Assembly: GCA_034439715.1 (NCBI GenBank)
Contig: JAWXAY010000029.1
Coordinates: 1 to 64,000 of the forward strand
Reading direction: 5' to 3'
DNA: 64,000 bases
Origin: Pseudomonadota bacterium
Lineage (GTDB): Bacteria; Bdellovibrionota; Bdellovibrionia; Bdellovibrionales; SG-bin7
The position numbers and the translations under genes were made by a program. The notes under the pieces are model-generated. The model made no database searches, had not been told where the DNA came from, and was given only the letters and a program-made list of their open reading frames with translations. Below are positions 1-9,176 of this stretch, piece by piece; within the stretch, counting starts at the first letter, position 1; every line of letters starts with the position of its first letter.

Positions 1-1
1 A

Positions 2-97
2 AACACATTAGAAGCACTGGGGTTCATCGAATACAAACAACGGCGCGACTATTACGCACGCTGGAGAATCAGCCTGAAACCTGAGCCGAGTGGTTAA
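2..97 (+). CDS. 3' end of a CDS entering from the left edge (NTLEALGFIEYKQRRDYYARWRISLKPEPSG*)
   Basis: Open frame from base 2 to TAA at 95-97, followed by an intergenic-looking region. Product unknown. Confidence 0.4.
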   Translation, partial: NTLEALGFIEYKQRRDYYARWRISLKPEPSG

Positions 98-295
98 TTC
101 AGCTAGCTAAACTTATTTGAGCTCCCACATCCCACAAAAAAAGGAAAGAGAACATTAATCGTAAAAATCTAACTGTAAAACTCTTTGACACTGACTATGC
201 CAAGTTACAGTTCCTTGTATCTGATACCTAATAACAGAAGATTAGTATAACACCTGTTTTCAATAACCTAGCCTCAAATGTGGCACGGGGTTTTA

Positions 296-311
296 TGGCA
301 TAGCAACTGCA
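296..311 (+). promoter_or_regulatory. sigma54 (-24/-12) promoter
   Basis: TGGCATAGCAACTGCA = GG-N10-GC, upstream of a GGGAG RBS and ATG 338. Confidence 0.65.
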
Positions 312-337
312 AATATTCACTATATGGGAGATTACAT

Positions 338-958
338 ATGAAAAAATATACTTTGGCCATACTTATACTTGCCATGCTTGCCTCTTCAACTCAAGTTTTA
401 GCCGTCGGGCAAAAATTCGAACTTACCGTTATCAAGAGTGATAATGCCAATTGGTTTTCAAAACAGATAGAGATTATGAACTCTTCTGAGAAAGACGGAC
501 CAGAAAAGATTCAAAGGGAAATAATAGAAAACAAAAATGAATGCGTGGCAGGCATTTCCGAATTTGCAAAAGATGAGAAGGCTCGACAATTGACTGACTT
601 CTTTACACAAATCAAAGCCAAATTTATATATGAAAGTACGGCCCATCCTCACCATCCTATTGTTAGCGGCAACGAAATAAAACTTACTCTAGAAATGGTA
701 GGTCTCAAAACTAGATATAACGAAAATAACACTGTTTTAATAGTGGATATTATACTTTGGCAACTATCAAAGAAACCCACCCGAGAATATTGTAAGCAAC
801 AAGCTAAAATTTTATTTGACAAACAAAAGGACTTTTTCCTCACGGACGTGGAAAACATTAAAAAAGCTAACACAGACGTTGACGGCGCCTTTGGCGGCGA
901 CGGCACACACAATCACGGTGCCGATGGTGGCGGTTCACACGATCACGGTGCCCATTAA
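338..958 (+). CDS. Secreted hypothetical protein with Gly/His-rich C-terminal tail
   Basis: RBS GGGAG before ATG 338; Sec signal MKKYTLAILILAMLASSTQVLA; tail GGDGTHNHGADGGGSHDHGAH. Confidence 0.75.
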   Translation: MKKYTLAILILAMLASSTQVLAVGQKFELTVIKSDNANWFSKQIEIMNSSEKDGPEKIQREIIENKNECVAGISEFAKDEKARQLTDFFTQIKAKFIYESTAHPHHPIVSGNEIKLTLEMVGLKTRYNENNTVLIVDIILWQLSKKPTREYCKQQAKILFDKQKDFFLTDVENIKKANTDVDGAFGGDGTHNHGADGGGSHDHGAH

Positions 959-962
959 CTCA

Positions 963-2792
963 CTACTCAACAGTAACTGACTTCGCCAAATTTCTGGGTT
1001 GATCCACATCGTGGCCGAGAGCTTCGGCCATATGGTAGGCCATCAGTTGCAATGGTATCACTGACAAAATGGGACTCACAAGCCAAGAACATTTTGGCAA
1101 TGATAAATAATGTCTGGAGATCGAAGCCAACTTTTTATCCTCACCCGTACCAATCGAAATAATTTGTCCGCCACGGGCCTTAGCTTCTTCGAGGCTACTT
1201 ACCGTTTTTTCATAAAAACTATCTTGAGGAGCGATTACTACGACAGCCATATTTTTATCTATAAGCGCAAGAGGCCCGTGTTTCATTTCACCGGCCGCAT
1301 AGCCTTCCGCATGCATGTAGCAAAGCTCTTTTAATTTAAGTGCTCCCTCAAGGGCAATCGGATAATTAATTCCTCGAGCTAAGTATAAAAAGCCCTTGTG
1401 TTCTTTAAGTGTTTTTGAGGCTGACGCAAAAAATTTACTATAGGCCAAAACAACTTCTATTTGACTAGGGAGCGCTACAATTTCTTGCACCAATGTTTTT
1501 TCGTCAACTAAAGTTAATTGATTTTTTACCCGAGCTAAATAAATTGCAAATAATTCTAATACTGTAAGTGTGCTAGTAAACGCTTTGGTACTGGCCACTC
1601 CAATCTCGGGACCCGAATTCATATAAAGCGAGCCCTTTGACTCGCGATCTATCGTCGAATTTTTAACGTTACAAACACTGATTGTCGGAAGTCCCATTTC
1701 ATTCACCAATCGCAAAGCCGCCAAGGTATCAGCGGTTTCACCACTTTGAGAAACAACTATCACAATGCATTGCTTTGCTAGAATGGGATTTCGGTACCGA
1801 AACTCGCTCGCAATATCAATTTCGACAGGAACACGCGCCAATTTTTCAATGGCGTATTTAGCCACGAACCCTGAGTAAAAGCTCGTTCCACAAGCCACAA
1901 TATAAACTTTTTCGATTTTAGCCAAGGTGGTCGTATCAACGCCAAGATCATCAAACTTGGTCGTGCAAGTGGCAAGATTTACGTGGGGCGCGAGAGCATG
2001 AGCCACCGCTCGAGGCTGCTCATTTATTTCTTTGAGCATATAGTGCGGGTAACCTTCTTTTTCGGCACGCTCGTTAGTCCAGTCAATTATTTCGACTTCT
2101 TTTTTTACTTTGTTGCCGTCAAAATCATAAAACTGAAACTCTTTGCCTTTAACCAAAAGAATCTCGTCATCCGCTAAATACATCGCATTCTTGGTGTAAC
2201 TCACAATAGCCTGAATATCGCTGGCGATAATAAATTCTTTTTGATTTATTCCGCAAATAAGTGGCGGACCATTTTTAAAGGCCACCATCGTGTCGGGTTC
2301 ACTTTCTGAAACTGCGAGAACGGCAAAGGCGCCTTGAATTTTCGGCAGAATGGCTTTGACTGCAGAAAAGAGGTCCAAGCCATTATTTACTTCCTTATTT
2401 AGTAGATGGGCAATAAGTTCCGAGTCCGTATCTGACTCAATTTTAATTCCCTCCTCTATAAGTTCCTGTCTGATCTGTAAATAATTTTCAATGATACCAT
2501 TGTGAACAATGCTAACTTTACCAACTTTATGCGGATGAGCGTTTCGCTCTGAAGGCACGCCATGGGTAGCCCACCGGGTATGGCCAATCCCAGTATGACC
2601 ATCAAAAGTCTCTGATTTTAATTTTTCTGCAAGATTTCCGAGTTTTCCGTGAGCCCTAACACGCTTGAATTGTCCCTGATGCAATATAGATACGCCGGCG
2701 CTATCGTAACCACGATACTCTAAACATTTTAACCCACTCAAAATAATTTCTTTAGGATCTTGGGGGCCAATGTAGCCTACAATTCCACACAT
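963..2792 (-). CDS. glmS: Glutamine-fructose-6-phosphate transaminase
   Basis: N-terminal MCGIVG, HTRWATHG, SQSGETADT, C-terminal PRNLAKSVTVE. Confidence 0.99.
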   Translation of the reverse strand: MCGIVGYIGPQDPKEIILSGLKCLEYRGYDSAGVSILHQGQFKRVRAHGKLGNLAEKLKSETFDGHTGIGHTRWATHGVPSERNAHPHKVGKVSIVHNGIIENYLQIRQELIEEGIKIESDTDSELIAHLLNKEVNNGLDLFSAVKAILPKIQGAFAVLAVSESEPDTMVAFKNGPPLICGINQKEFIIASDIQAIVSYTKNAMYLADDEILLVKGKEFQFYDFDGNKVKKEVEIIDWTNERAEKEGYPHYMLKEINEQPRAVAHALAPHVNLATCTTKFDDLGVDTTTLAKIEKVYIVACGTSFYSGFVAKYAIEKLARVPVEIDIASEFRYRNPILAKQCIVIVVSQSGETADTLAALRLVNEMGLPTISVCNVKNSTIDRESKGSLYMNSGPEIGVASTKAFTSTLTVLELFAIYLARVKNQLTLVDEKTLVQEIVALPSQIEVVLAYSKFFASASKTLKEHKGFLYLARGINYPIALEGALKLKELCYMHAEGYAAGEMKHGPLALIDKNMAVVVIAPQDSFYEKTVSSLEEAKARGGQIISIGTGEDKKLASISRHYLSLPKCSWLVSPILSVIPLQLMAYHMAEALGHDVDQPRNLAKSVTVE

Positions 2793-2797
2793 GAAGA

Positions 2798-4177
2798 CTA
2801 CTCCTTTTCGACTTTCTCTAACTTGACATAATTTTCTTTGATAAACTGTTTGCCACGCGCAACCGCCAAGGCGCCCGCCGGTACATTTTTAGTAATTGTA
2901 GAACCCGACGCAATAACGGCGTTATCGCCAACTTCAACCGGAGCTATAAATTGAGAATCACTACCGACAAAAACATTTTTACCAATTTTAGTTTTATACT
3001 TTTTTCGATCGACAGCGTAGTTGCAAGTGATTGTGCCACAACCGATGTTAGTACCCTCTCCAATGTCGGCGTCGCCAAGATACGTAAGGTGCGAGGCTTT
3101 CGCATGATCGCCAATTTTTGTGTTTTTTATTTCAACAAAATTTCCGATATGAGCTTCGACGCCGATTTCTGTACCTGGTCGCAGACGAGCAAAGGGACCA
3201 ATGACTGCTTTTGTTTTTACCAAACACTTTTCAAGGTAACTACCGGCCCGTAGTTGCACTTCATTCTCTATACGCGCATCGGTAACAATACAGTTGGGCT
3301 CAACCACGCAGTGAGAGCCAAGGACCGTCGTACCTCTTAAATATACATTGGGATACAGCACAGTGCCGCTTCCCACTTTAACTCCTTCGTCAACAAAAGT
3401 GCTTGCCTTGGACAGAATTATAACACCACCCGCCTGAAGGCTTTTTAACTTTCGAGCGTAGGCTAAGTGATTAGCGATTGAGAGCTCTTCTTGATCGTTA
3501 ACGCCAAAAGCGACGTGCCCTTTACCTTCAAGAGTGCCCACCTTAAGGCCTGCCTCAATGCCAAGGGCAATAATATCGGTTAAATAAAATTCCTTCTTTG
3601 AATTGTTATCTTTTATTTGAGGTAAAAAGGTATTTAAAATTTCGGATTTAATGACGTACATTCCAGTATTAACTTCGTTAATCCTGAGTGTCTCACTCGA
3701 TGCATCTTTGACTTCAACGATTGCCCTAATTGAGCCGCTTTGGCGAATAATTCTCCCCAGTGAGCCAGGACGTTTTAGTTTGGCGGTCACAACTGCGATA
3801 TCAAAACCACTTGAGTTGAATTCTTCTAAAAAGACTCGCACATCTTCTGGAGTTAAAAGGGGATGATCACCATTGAGAATTAAAATATTTCCCGTCAAAG
3901 TTTCGGGTGAAGCCGCACGCACGGCATCAGCAGTTCCCAATTGTGATCTTTGTTCAAAACAGACGACCCCTATAGGCTCAATGACTTGCTTGACCAAGGC
4001 CGCGCCGATGCTGACCACCACGCGAACCTCTTCTGGCCCAGCCTTTTTTACAGCTTCCACGACTCTCAAGATCATGGGCAACCCGGCAACGGGATGAAGG
4101 ACTTTAGGTAAAGTCGTATTCATTCGCGTTCCCTTGCCAGCAGCTAGTATTATAGAGGAAAATTGTTTTGTGCCCAT
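2798..4177 (-). CDS. glmU: Bifunctional UDP-GlcNAc pyrophosphorylase / glucosamine-1-phosphate acetyltransferase
   Basis: LAAGKGTRM, PKVLH, hexapeptide repeats, HLTYLGDA, GNFVEIK. Start reassigned to ATG 4177. Confidence 0.98.
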   Translation of the reverse strand: MGTKQFSSIILAAGKGTRMNTTLPKVLHPVAGLPMILRVVEAVKKAGPEEVRVVVSIGAALVKQVIEPIGVVCFEQRSQLGTADAVRAASPETLTGNILILNGDHPLLTPEDVRVFLEEFNSSGFDIAVVTAKLKRPGSLGRIIRQSGSIRAIVEVKDASSETLRINEVNTGMYVIKSEILNTFLPQIKDNNSKKEFYLTDIIALGIEAGLKVGTLEGKGHVAFGVNDQEELSIANHLAYARKLKSLQAGGVIILSKASTFVDEGVKVGSGTVLYPNVYLRGTTVLGSHCVVEPNCIVTDARIENEVQLRAGSYLEKCLVKTKAVIGPFARLRPGTEIGVEAHIGNFVEIKNTKIGDHAKASHLTYLGDADIGEGTNIGCGTITCNYAVDRKKYKTKIGKNVFVGSDSQFIAPVEVGDNAVIASGSTITKNVPAGALAVARGKQFIKENYVKLEKVEKE

Positions 4178-4184
4178 CACAATA

Positions 4185-4213
4185 AGAATGCTTTTGGGTT
4201 TCAGAAAGGTCAA
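4185..4213 (-). promoter_or_regulatory. sigma70-like promoter of glmU (probably leaderless)
   Basis: TTGACC-N17-CATTCT-N7-ATG, no SD. Confidence 0.5.
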
Positions 4214-4219
4214 GCAAAG

Positions 4220-4921
4220 GTGAACAATTCAGGTGTGTGTTTTCATCCTCACTGGGCGACGAGTAGTATCGGTACAAACATACCACTTTATTTTTCACCC
4301 GATTTTGCTTGGACACCAAATGAGAAGCCCTTGTTACTAATAGGAGGTGTCCATGGCGATGAACCCGAAGGCGTCACGCTTGCTCAAAAAACACTCGCTT
4401 GGCTCACTGAAATTTATAGTTCAGGGCAACAAAGTAAAATAATTTCTCCTTGGATATTGATTCCTTGCATTAATGTTGATGGATTTAATCTCAACCAACG
4501 GGTCAATGCTCGAGGGGTAGATTTGAATCGAAATTTTCCGTCACGAGATTGGTCCGCGAAGTCTAAGCAACACCGATATTTTCCAGGCCAACATTCATCG
4601 TCTGAGGCAGAGACTCGAGCTCTGATTAAACTCATTACCCGTCAAAGTCCCAGACTAATCATTCACTGTCACTCGTGGAATCCTGGTATCATTGTCACAA
4701 GCAACGTCTCCATTAAAGAGGCGGAGGTTTTAGCACACGAAACTGGTTATCCATTGCAAAATGATATTGGCTACCCGACTCCAGGTAGCCTGGGCCAGTG
4801 GGCCTGGTTGGAACAAAAGATTCCTGTCATATGCATCGAAGAACAAGAGCACATTGATCAATCATTGGTTTGGCCGCGATTTGAACGTGCAATAATGCAA
4901 GTATTCGGAGCGGCAGCGTGA
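4220..4921 (+). CDS. mpaA: M14-family Zn carboxypeptidase, murein peptide amidase A-like
   Basis: GGVHGDE, RVNARGVDLNRNF, HCHSW, IGYPTPGSLG, ICIEE. Likely GTG start at 4220. Confidence 0.8.
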   Translation: MNNSGVCFHPHWATSSIGTNIPLYFSPDFAWTPNEKPLLLIGGVHGDEPEGVTLAQKTLAWLTEIYSSGQQSKIISPWILIPCINVDGFNLNQRVNARGVDLNRNFPSRDWSAKSKQHRYFPGQHSSSEAETRALIKLITRQSPRLIIHCHSWNPGIIVTSNVSIKEAEVLAHETGYPLQNDIGYPTPGSLGQWAWLEQKIPVICIEEQEHIDQSLVWPRFERAIMQVFGAAA

Positions 4922-6813
4922 AGACCAGTTTGCAATCTTCTATTTTAGTAATTGGTCATCCTAAGCCAAACGAAATATCATTGGGAGTTGATGTAGTCTT
5001 AAATATGACGGCCGCGTCCGAAAAATGTAAAAAGCAAACGTACTCTGTCATTGCCTTTGATATATCGGTAACAAAAATTGACGAAATTAAAATGCTCGTC
5101 TCGCATATTGAAGAGCAAAAATATGAAACCCAATTTGTTGTCATTCGTAACCAGGCTAAGGCGGAAATTTTAACTTTGTTACTAGGATTCGCGCAGATAT
5201 TTAGGATTGTCGAAACGACTGCTGAGGCTCAATTTGAAAAAGTCTTGACCGATGCCCAAGAACACTTCGCTCAAAGAGAACAACATCGTCAGCTTTTAAA
5301 ACTTCTCAATGAACAAAACGAAAACCTATTGCACATATCCAAAGAACTTGAGGACCGCGTCGCCAAGCGCCAACAAAATATTCAAAGGGCGAGATTAAAG
5401 CTTGTGGCGACCAATCAGAAAAACGAATCTCTGCAAAGAACACTTATCGCACTTAGCCGCGCCAAATCCATTGGCGAAATGGAAAGTCTTGTGAGAGAGG
5501 CATTGACTCCTGCTATTCAGTTAGAGTGGACACGCATTACTTTAGGGCCCCAACGTCTCGCTCTAGACATGAGTCAAACTCACCTTGACTCCACCCACAC
5601 AGCACCGCTATTTCAAGCGAGTGAGCAGATTGGCCAAATACATTTTGGCAGAAATAAAGAGCGGCCCTTTACTAATGATGAAACCGCGTTTATGGCCCAA
5701 GTAGCTGAAGCCCTTTCACTAGCCATTTTTAGACTGACACAGCTAAAACATTTAGAAAATCTTAAACAGCAATGGGAATCTACCTTTGATGCCATCAAAA
5801 AACCTTTATCACTCATCGACTTAAACTTTAACGTCCTTCGCTGCAATCGGGCCTTTGCCGAAAAGGCTCAGCAAACGCCAGCTAATGTGGTTAATAAAAA
5901 GTGTTTCAAAATTTTATTTGGCCGAAATATGCCTTGCAAAAACTGTAATCTCGGCGAAAGGTTTCGACTCTTCAAACAAAAGATGACGAATGAAGACAAT
6001 GCGATTTTTGACGTCACCAGCCAACCCATCTCGCTTTCTACATTCAATCAATTGGCTTTTGTCAATATCTACCATGACATCACAGAAAGCCTTGCTCTGG
6101 AGTATAAAATTGTTTCATCTTCAAAAGAAGCCGAGCTGGGCCTCATTGGCAGCAGCATGGCCCACGAACTCAATAACCCCTTGGGCGGTATAATTTCGTT
6201 CATTCACATTATTAAAATGGACATGTCCCCCGCCGATACCTATTACGAGGATATCTTGGAAATGGAGAAGGCCGCCCAACGCTGTAAAGAAATCATTAAT
6301 AACCTCCTCGATTTTTCACGTCTCCCGCCAGCCGCCGATACCCGAGTCTTAGACCTCAGAGAACTTATAAGTCAGGCCTTAAAAATTTTTGAGCTACGCA
6401 CAAAATCTCGAGGAATCGAAGTAATGGCCAAGCTGCCACCTGATCCTCATAATATTCAAGGAAACTTTAACCTATTGATTCAGGCCTTGGGTCATTTGAT
6501 TACTATGGGATTAAATGTAGTCATAGAACACCGAAGGCATAACAAAAATTTTCAACCTGAGATCTTGATTGAACTCGGTCAGCTTGCTGATTCCTATATT
6601 ATAGATGTCACTACAAACACTCCTGCTTTACCAGAAGGTAGCGGCGACACGGGTCAAGCACTAACCATTGATTTGCAAGTCACAAGCCAAATCATCAAAG
6701 ACCATTTTGGTCAACTTGATATTAGGGCTTTAGACCATTTTTTCCAGGCTAGGGTCAAGTTGCCACGTCCAGAAAACCAAGCTAAGAGCCAAGAAATTGA
6801 CAGTCAAATTTGA
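4918..6813 (+). CDS. Histidine-kinase-like protein (degenerate REC, coiled coil, GAF-like, Cys-PAS, HisKA, degenerate HATPase)
   Basis: H-box AHELNNPLGGI; PAS WESTFDAI...KKCF...PCKNC; N, G1 and G2 boxes not recognisable. Confidence 0.85.
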   Translation: MKTSLQSSILVIGHPKPNEISLGVDVVLNMTAASEKCKKQTYSVIAFDISVTKIDEIKMLVSHIEEQKYETQFVVIRNQAKAEILTLLLGFAQIFRIVETTAEAQFEKVLTDAQEHFAQREQHRQLLKLLNEQNENLLHISKELEDRVAKRQQNIQRARLKLVATNQKNESLQRTLIALSRAKSIGEMESLVREALTPAIQLEWTRITLGPQRLALDMSQTHLDSTHTAPLFQASEQIGQIHFGRNKERPFTNDETAFMAQVAEALSLAIFRLTQLKHLENLKQQWESTFDAIKKPLSLIDLNFNVLRCNRAFAEKAQQTPANVVNKKCFKILFGRNMPCKNCNLGERFRLFKQKMTNEDNAIFDVTSQPISLSTFNQLAFVNIYHDITESLALEYKIVSSSKEAELGLIGSSMAHELNNPLGGIISFIHIIKMDMSPADTYYEDILEMEKAAQRCKEIINNLLDFSRLPPAADTRVLDLRELISQALKIFELRTKSRGIEVMAKLPPDPHNIQGNFNLLIQALGHLITMGLNVVIEHRRHNKNFQPEILIELGQLADSYIIDVTTNTPALPEGSGDTGQALTIDLQVTSQIIKDHFGQLDIRALDHFFQARVKLPRPENQAKSQEIDSQI

Positions 6814-6814
6814 C
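6788..6814. promoter_or_regulatory. FleQ-box-like operator pair overlapping the -35 element
   Basis: GCCA-N6-TGAC (6788-6801) next to the perfect palindrome GTCAAATTTGAC (6803-6814). Confidence 0.45.
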
Positions 6815-6837
6815 ACTCAAAATATACCTTTTATAAT
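6810..6837 (+). promoter_or_regulatory. Consensus sigma70 promoter of the sigma54 activator gene
   Basis: TTGACA-N16-TATAAT. Confidence 0.8.
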
Positions 6838-6897
6838 TAAGACTGTAGGGCTCATTTTATTACAAATTGGAGCTACCGATACCACGGAAGGAATCGA

Positions 6898-8289
6898 ATG
6901 CAAAATCAGAGGATACTGATTGTCGACGACGAAAGCAGCCTGCGAACGTCACTCTTTAGAGTCTTAGATCGCAAAGGATTTCAAGTCATAACCGCCAACT
7001 GTAAAAAAGAAGCTGAAGCATTTTGCTTATCTCAGCAAGCTTTTGATTTTGCATTGATTGATTTAAACTTACCGGATGGCAATGGCTTTGACCTAGTTGA
7101 AAGGCTCAAAATACAGAATCCAAAAATAAAAATCGTCATAATAACTGGCTGTGGTTCTATCGATATGGCGGTAAAAGCCACAAAAGCAGGCGTTCAGGAC
7201 TTCTTAACCAAACCCTTTGATATGGAAAAAATTCTGCTGGCCGTAGATCAAAACTTAAGTCTAACAAGCAATCTTCAAAAGAAACAAACGGGATATGGTC
7301 TCGACGCCATTATCGGCAGCAGTATTCAAATTCAAAACATTATCAAGTTTATAAAAACAGTAGCAGATTCTGATTCAACAATTTTGGTCAGTGGCGAGAG
7401 CGGTACAGGGAAAGAGTTAGTCGCTAAAGCCATTCACTATAATTCTAATCGGAGTCAACAGCCATTTGTGCCCGTAAACTGTGGGGCTATTCCTCGAGAG
7501 CTTTTAGAGAGCGAACTTTTTGGTCATGTCAAAGGCGCCTTTACTGGAGCCATCGCTAATCGAATGGGTCGATTTGAATTGGCTGGAGAAGGAACTATCT
7601 TCTTAGACGAAATAGGTGACATGAATCCCTCACTCCAAGTAAAACTTTTACGAGTACTCCAAGAAAAATCTTTTGAACCCGTGGGTGCCACCAAAACTGT
7701 TGTCGCGAAAGCGCGAGTAATTTCTGCAACCAATATTGACCTAGAGGCTGCTGTTGAGAGAGGTCAATTTCGCGAGGATTTATTTTATAGGTTAAATATA
7801 ATTCCAATTCACGTCCCCTCTCTGCGCGAGCGTCCGTCAGACATTCCTTTGCTCATTCAACATTGCATAGAAAAATTCAACCGCACCAAAGGTAAGAACA
7901 TTACGGGTGTCTCAAGTGAAGCCTTGCAGATTTTGACAAATTACGGTTGGCCTGGCAATGTGCGAGAACTCGAAAACCTCGTTGAACGCGTGACAATTTT
8001 AAAGGGTCAGGGCATTATCGAAATCCCTGATCTTCCCCAACGCTATTTAAAAGTACATTCTGAAAATACTGAGATAGTTGAAAACGAAAATCTTAATATT
8101 CCCGAAAAGGGCATGGATTTTAACACAGCCGTCGATTCGTATGAAAATTCACTTATTATGGGCGCGCTCGAAAAAACAGGCTGGAATCGCAATCAGGCAG
8201 CTATACTGCTGCGACTTAACCGCACCACCTTGGTTGAGAAAATCAAGAAAAAGGGTTTACGACCTCCCGACGAAGATATTGAGATCTGA
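6898..8289 (+). CDS. sigma54-dependent response regulator (REC-AAA+-HTH) with FleQ/FlrA-like HTH
   Basis: IVDDE, LID, TKP; GESGTGKE, GAFTGA, FLDEIG, WPGNVRELEN; HTH RLNRTTLVEKIKK. Confidence 0.95.
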   Translation: MQNQRILIVDDESSLRTSLFRVLDRKGFQVITANCKKEAEAFCLSQQAFDFALIDLNLPDGNGFDLVERLKIQNPKIKIVIITGCGSIDMAVKATKAGVQDFLTKPFDMEKILLAVDQNLSLTSNLQKKQTGYGLDAIIGSSIQIQNIIKFIKTVADSDSTILVSGESGTGKELVAKAIHYNSNRSQQPFVPVNCGAIPRELLESELFGHVKGAFTGAIANRMGRFELAGEGTIFLDEIGDMNPSLQVKLLRVLQEKSFEPVGATKTVVAKARVISATNIDLEAAVERGQFREDLFYRLNIIPIHVPSLRERPSDIPLLIQHCIEKFNRTKGKNITGVSSEALQILTNYGWPGNVRELENLVERVTILKGQGIIEIPDLPQRYLKVHSENTEIVENENLNIPEKGMDFNTAVDSYENSLIMGALEKTGWNRNQAAILLRLNRTTLVEKIKKKGLRPPDEDIEI

Positions 8290-8438
8290 TTTTAAATCTC
8301 TCCTAGGTTACGTCTCAGAATGAATGACTAAAAACAAGACTAAAAATAAAACCGTTTAGACCACTGACAGTTGTAAATAGTGTCTACGCATCAGGATGAC
8401 ATCCCCTCCTGATTTCAACGGCTTAGGTTAGCCAATAT

Positions 8439-8454
8439 TGGCAGCTAACTTGCT
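8439..8454 (+). promoter_or_regulatory. sigma54 (-24/-12) promoter
   Basis: TGGCAGCTAACTTGCT = GG-N10-GC with TTGC, 23 nt before GTG 8478. Confidence 0.75.
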
Positions 8455-8477
8455 CTTATGAAGGCTACGGGGGCTGG

Positions 8478-9176
8478 GTGAATCTAAAGAGTTTAATCAA
8501 TGCAGTAATAGCAGCGACCGTAGTGATGTCACCCTTTATTGGCAATGGTGCCATTCAACAAGATCTTTTCAGGCCGATGTTTAATCCCAACTACCAAATC
8601 ATGGATAAATATGTCATCAACCAGGATTTTCAAACTCAGAATATATTAAAAAAAGAATTTATGAACAACAAAGACTACATATTAGTATCCAATCCACTAG
8701 ATAATGACGCTTTGGTAACCTATCAACAAATGTTAAGAATCATGCCAATTTCACTTTATACTGGCGCATATGACTCAAATACTGAAATTAAAAAAATTGC
8801 AGGTAATGCATTTACTGTATTTATTGAAAGCGAAATCGCTCAAAGTTGGTCAATTGTACGCGTTGCCAATTTAGTTGATAAAAGTGCAAGCGCTGATGTA
8901 AGTCTCAATTCGGACCAGTCGATCAATGCCGACCTCAGTCTCTCGGCAACAGACACACTCGAGCACAAACTTAGCTTTCAGGTGTATGCACTACAAAGTG
9001 CTGTTAAATTTTCTTACTCAGGAGCTCTAAACGCCTCAATCATGGTTAACGAAAAAAACCATGAAACCACTATTGCCCTCTCAAAAAATTTAAATAATTC
9101 ATCAACACTTTCGATTCAGAATTTTGAAAACACAACTGAATCGCGCCAAATAATTTCTTTAGCTATGTCGTTCTAA
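8478..9176 (+). CDS. Secreted hypothetical protein, possible outer-membrane beta-protein
   Basis: Signal-like N-terminus; beta-strand-like C-terminal half ending QIISLAMSF. Confidence 0.65.
   Translation: MNLKSLINAVIAATVVMSPFIGNGAIQQDLFRPMFNPNYQIMDKYVINQDFQTQNILKKEFMNNKDYILVSNPLDNDALVTYQQMLRIMPISLYTGAYDSNTEIKKIAGNAFTVFIESEIAQSWSIVRVANLVDKSASADVSLNSDQSINADLSLSATDTLEHKLSFQVYALQSAVKFSYSGALNASIMVNEKNHETTIALSKNLNNSSTLSIQNFENTTESRQIISLAMSF

Noticed and set aside
281..296. TGGCACG as a sigma54 -24 element
   Set aside because: No GC at the required 10-nt spacing; the site at 296-311 fits instead.
278..337. ORF-track N-terminal extensions (278, 4213, 4163, 20525, 29819, 32089, 40937, 48935, 53831, 59121)
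   Set aside because: They overlap promoters or neighbouring genes; downstream starts fit RBS, signal-peptide or promoter positions better.
2793..2797. glmS ribozyme
   Set aside because: Only 5 bp separate glmU and glmS; there is no leader.
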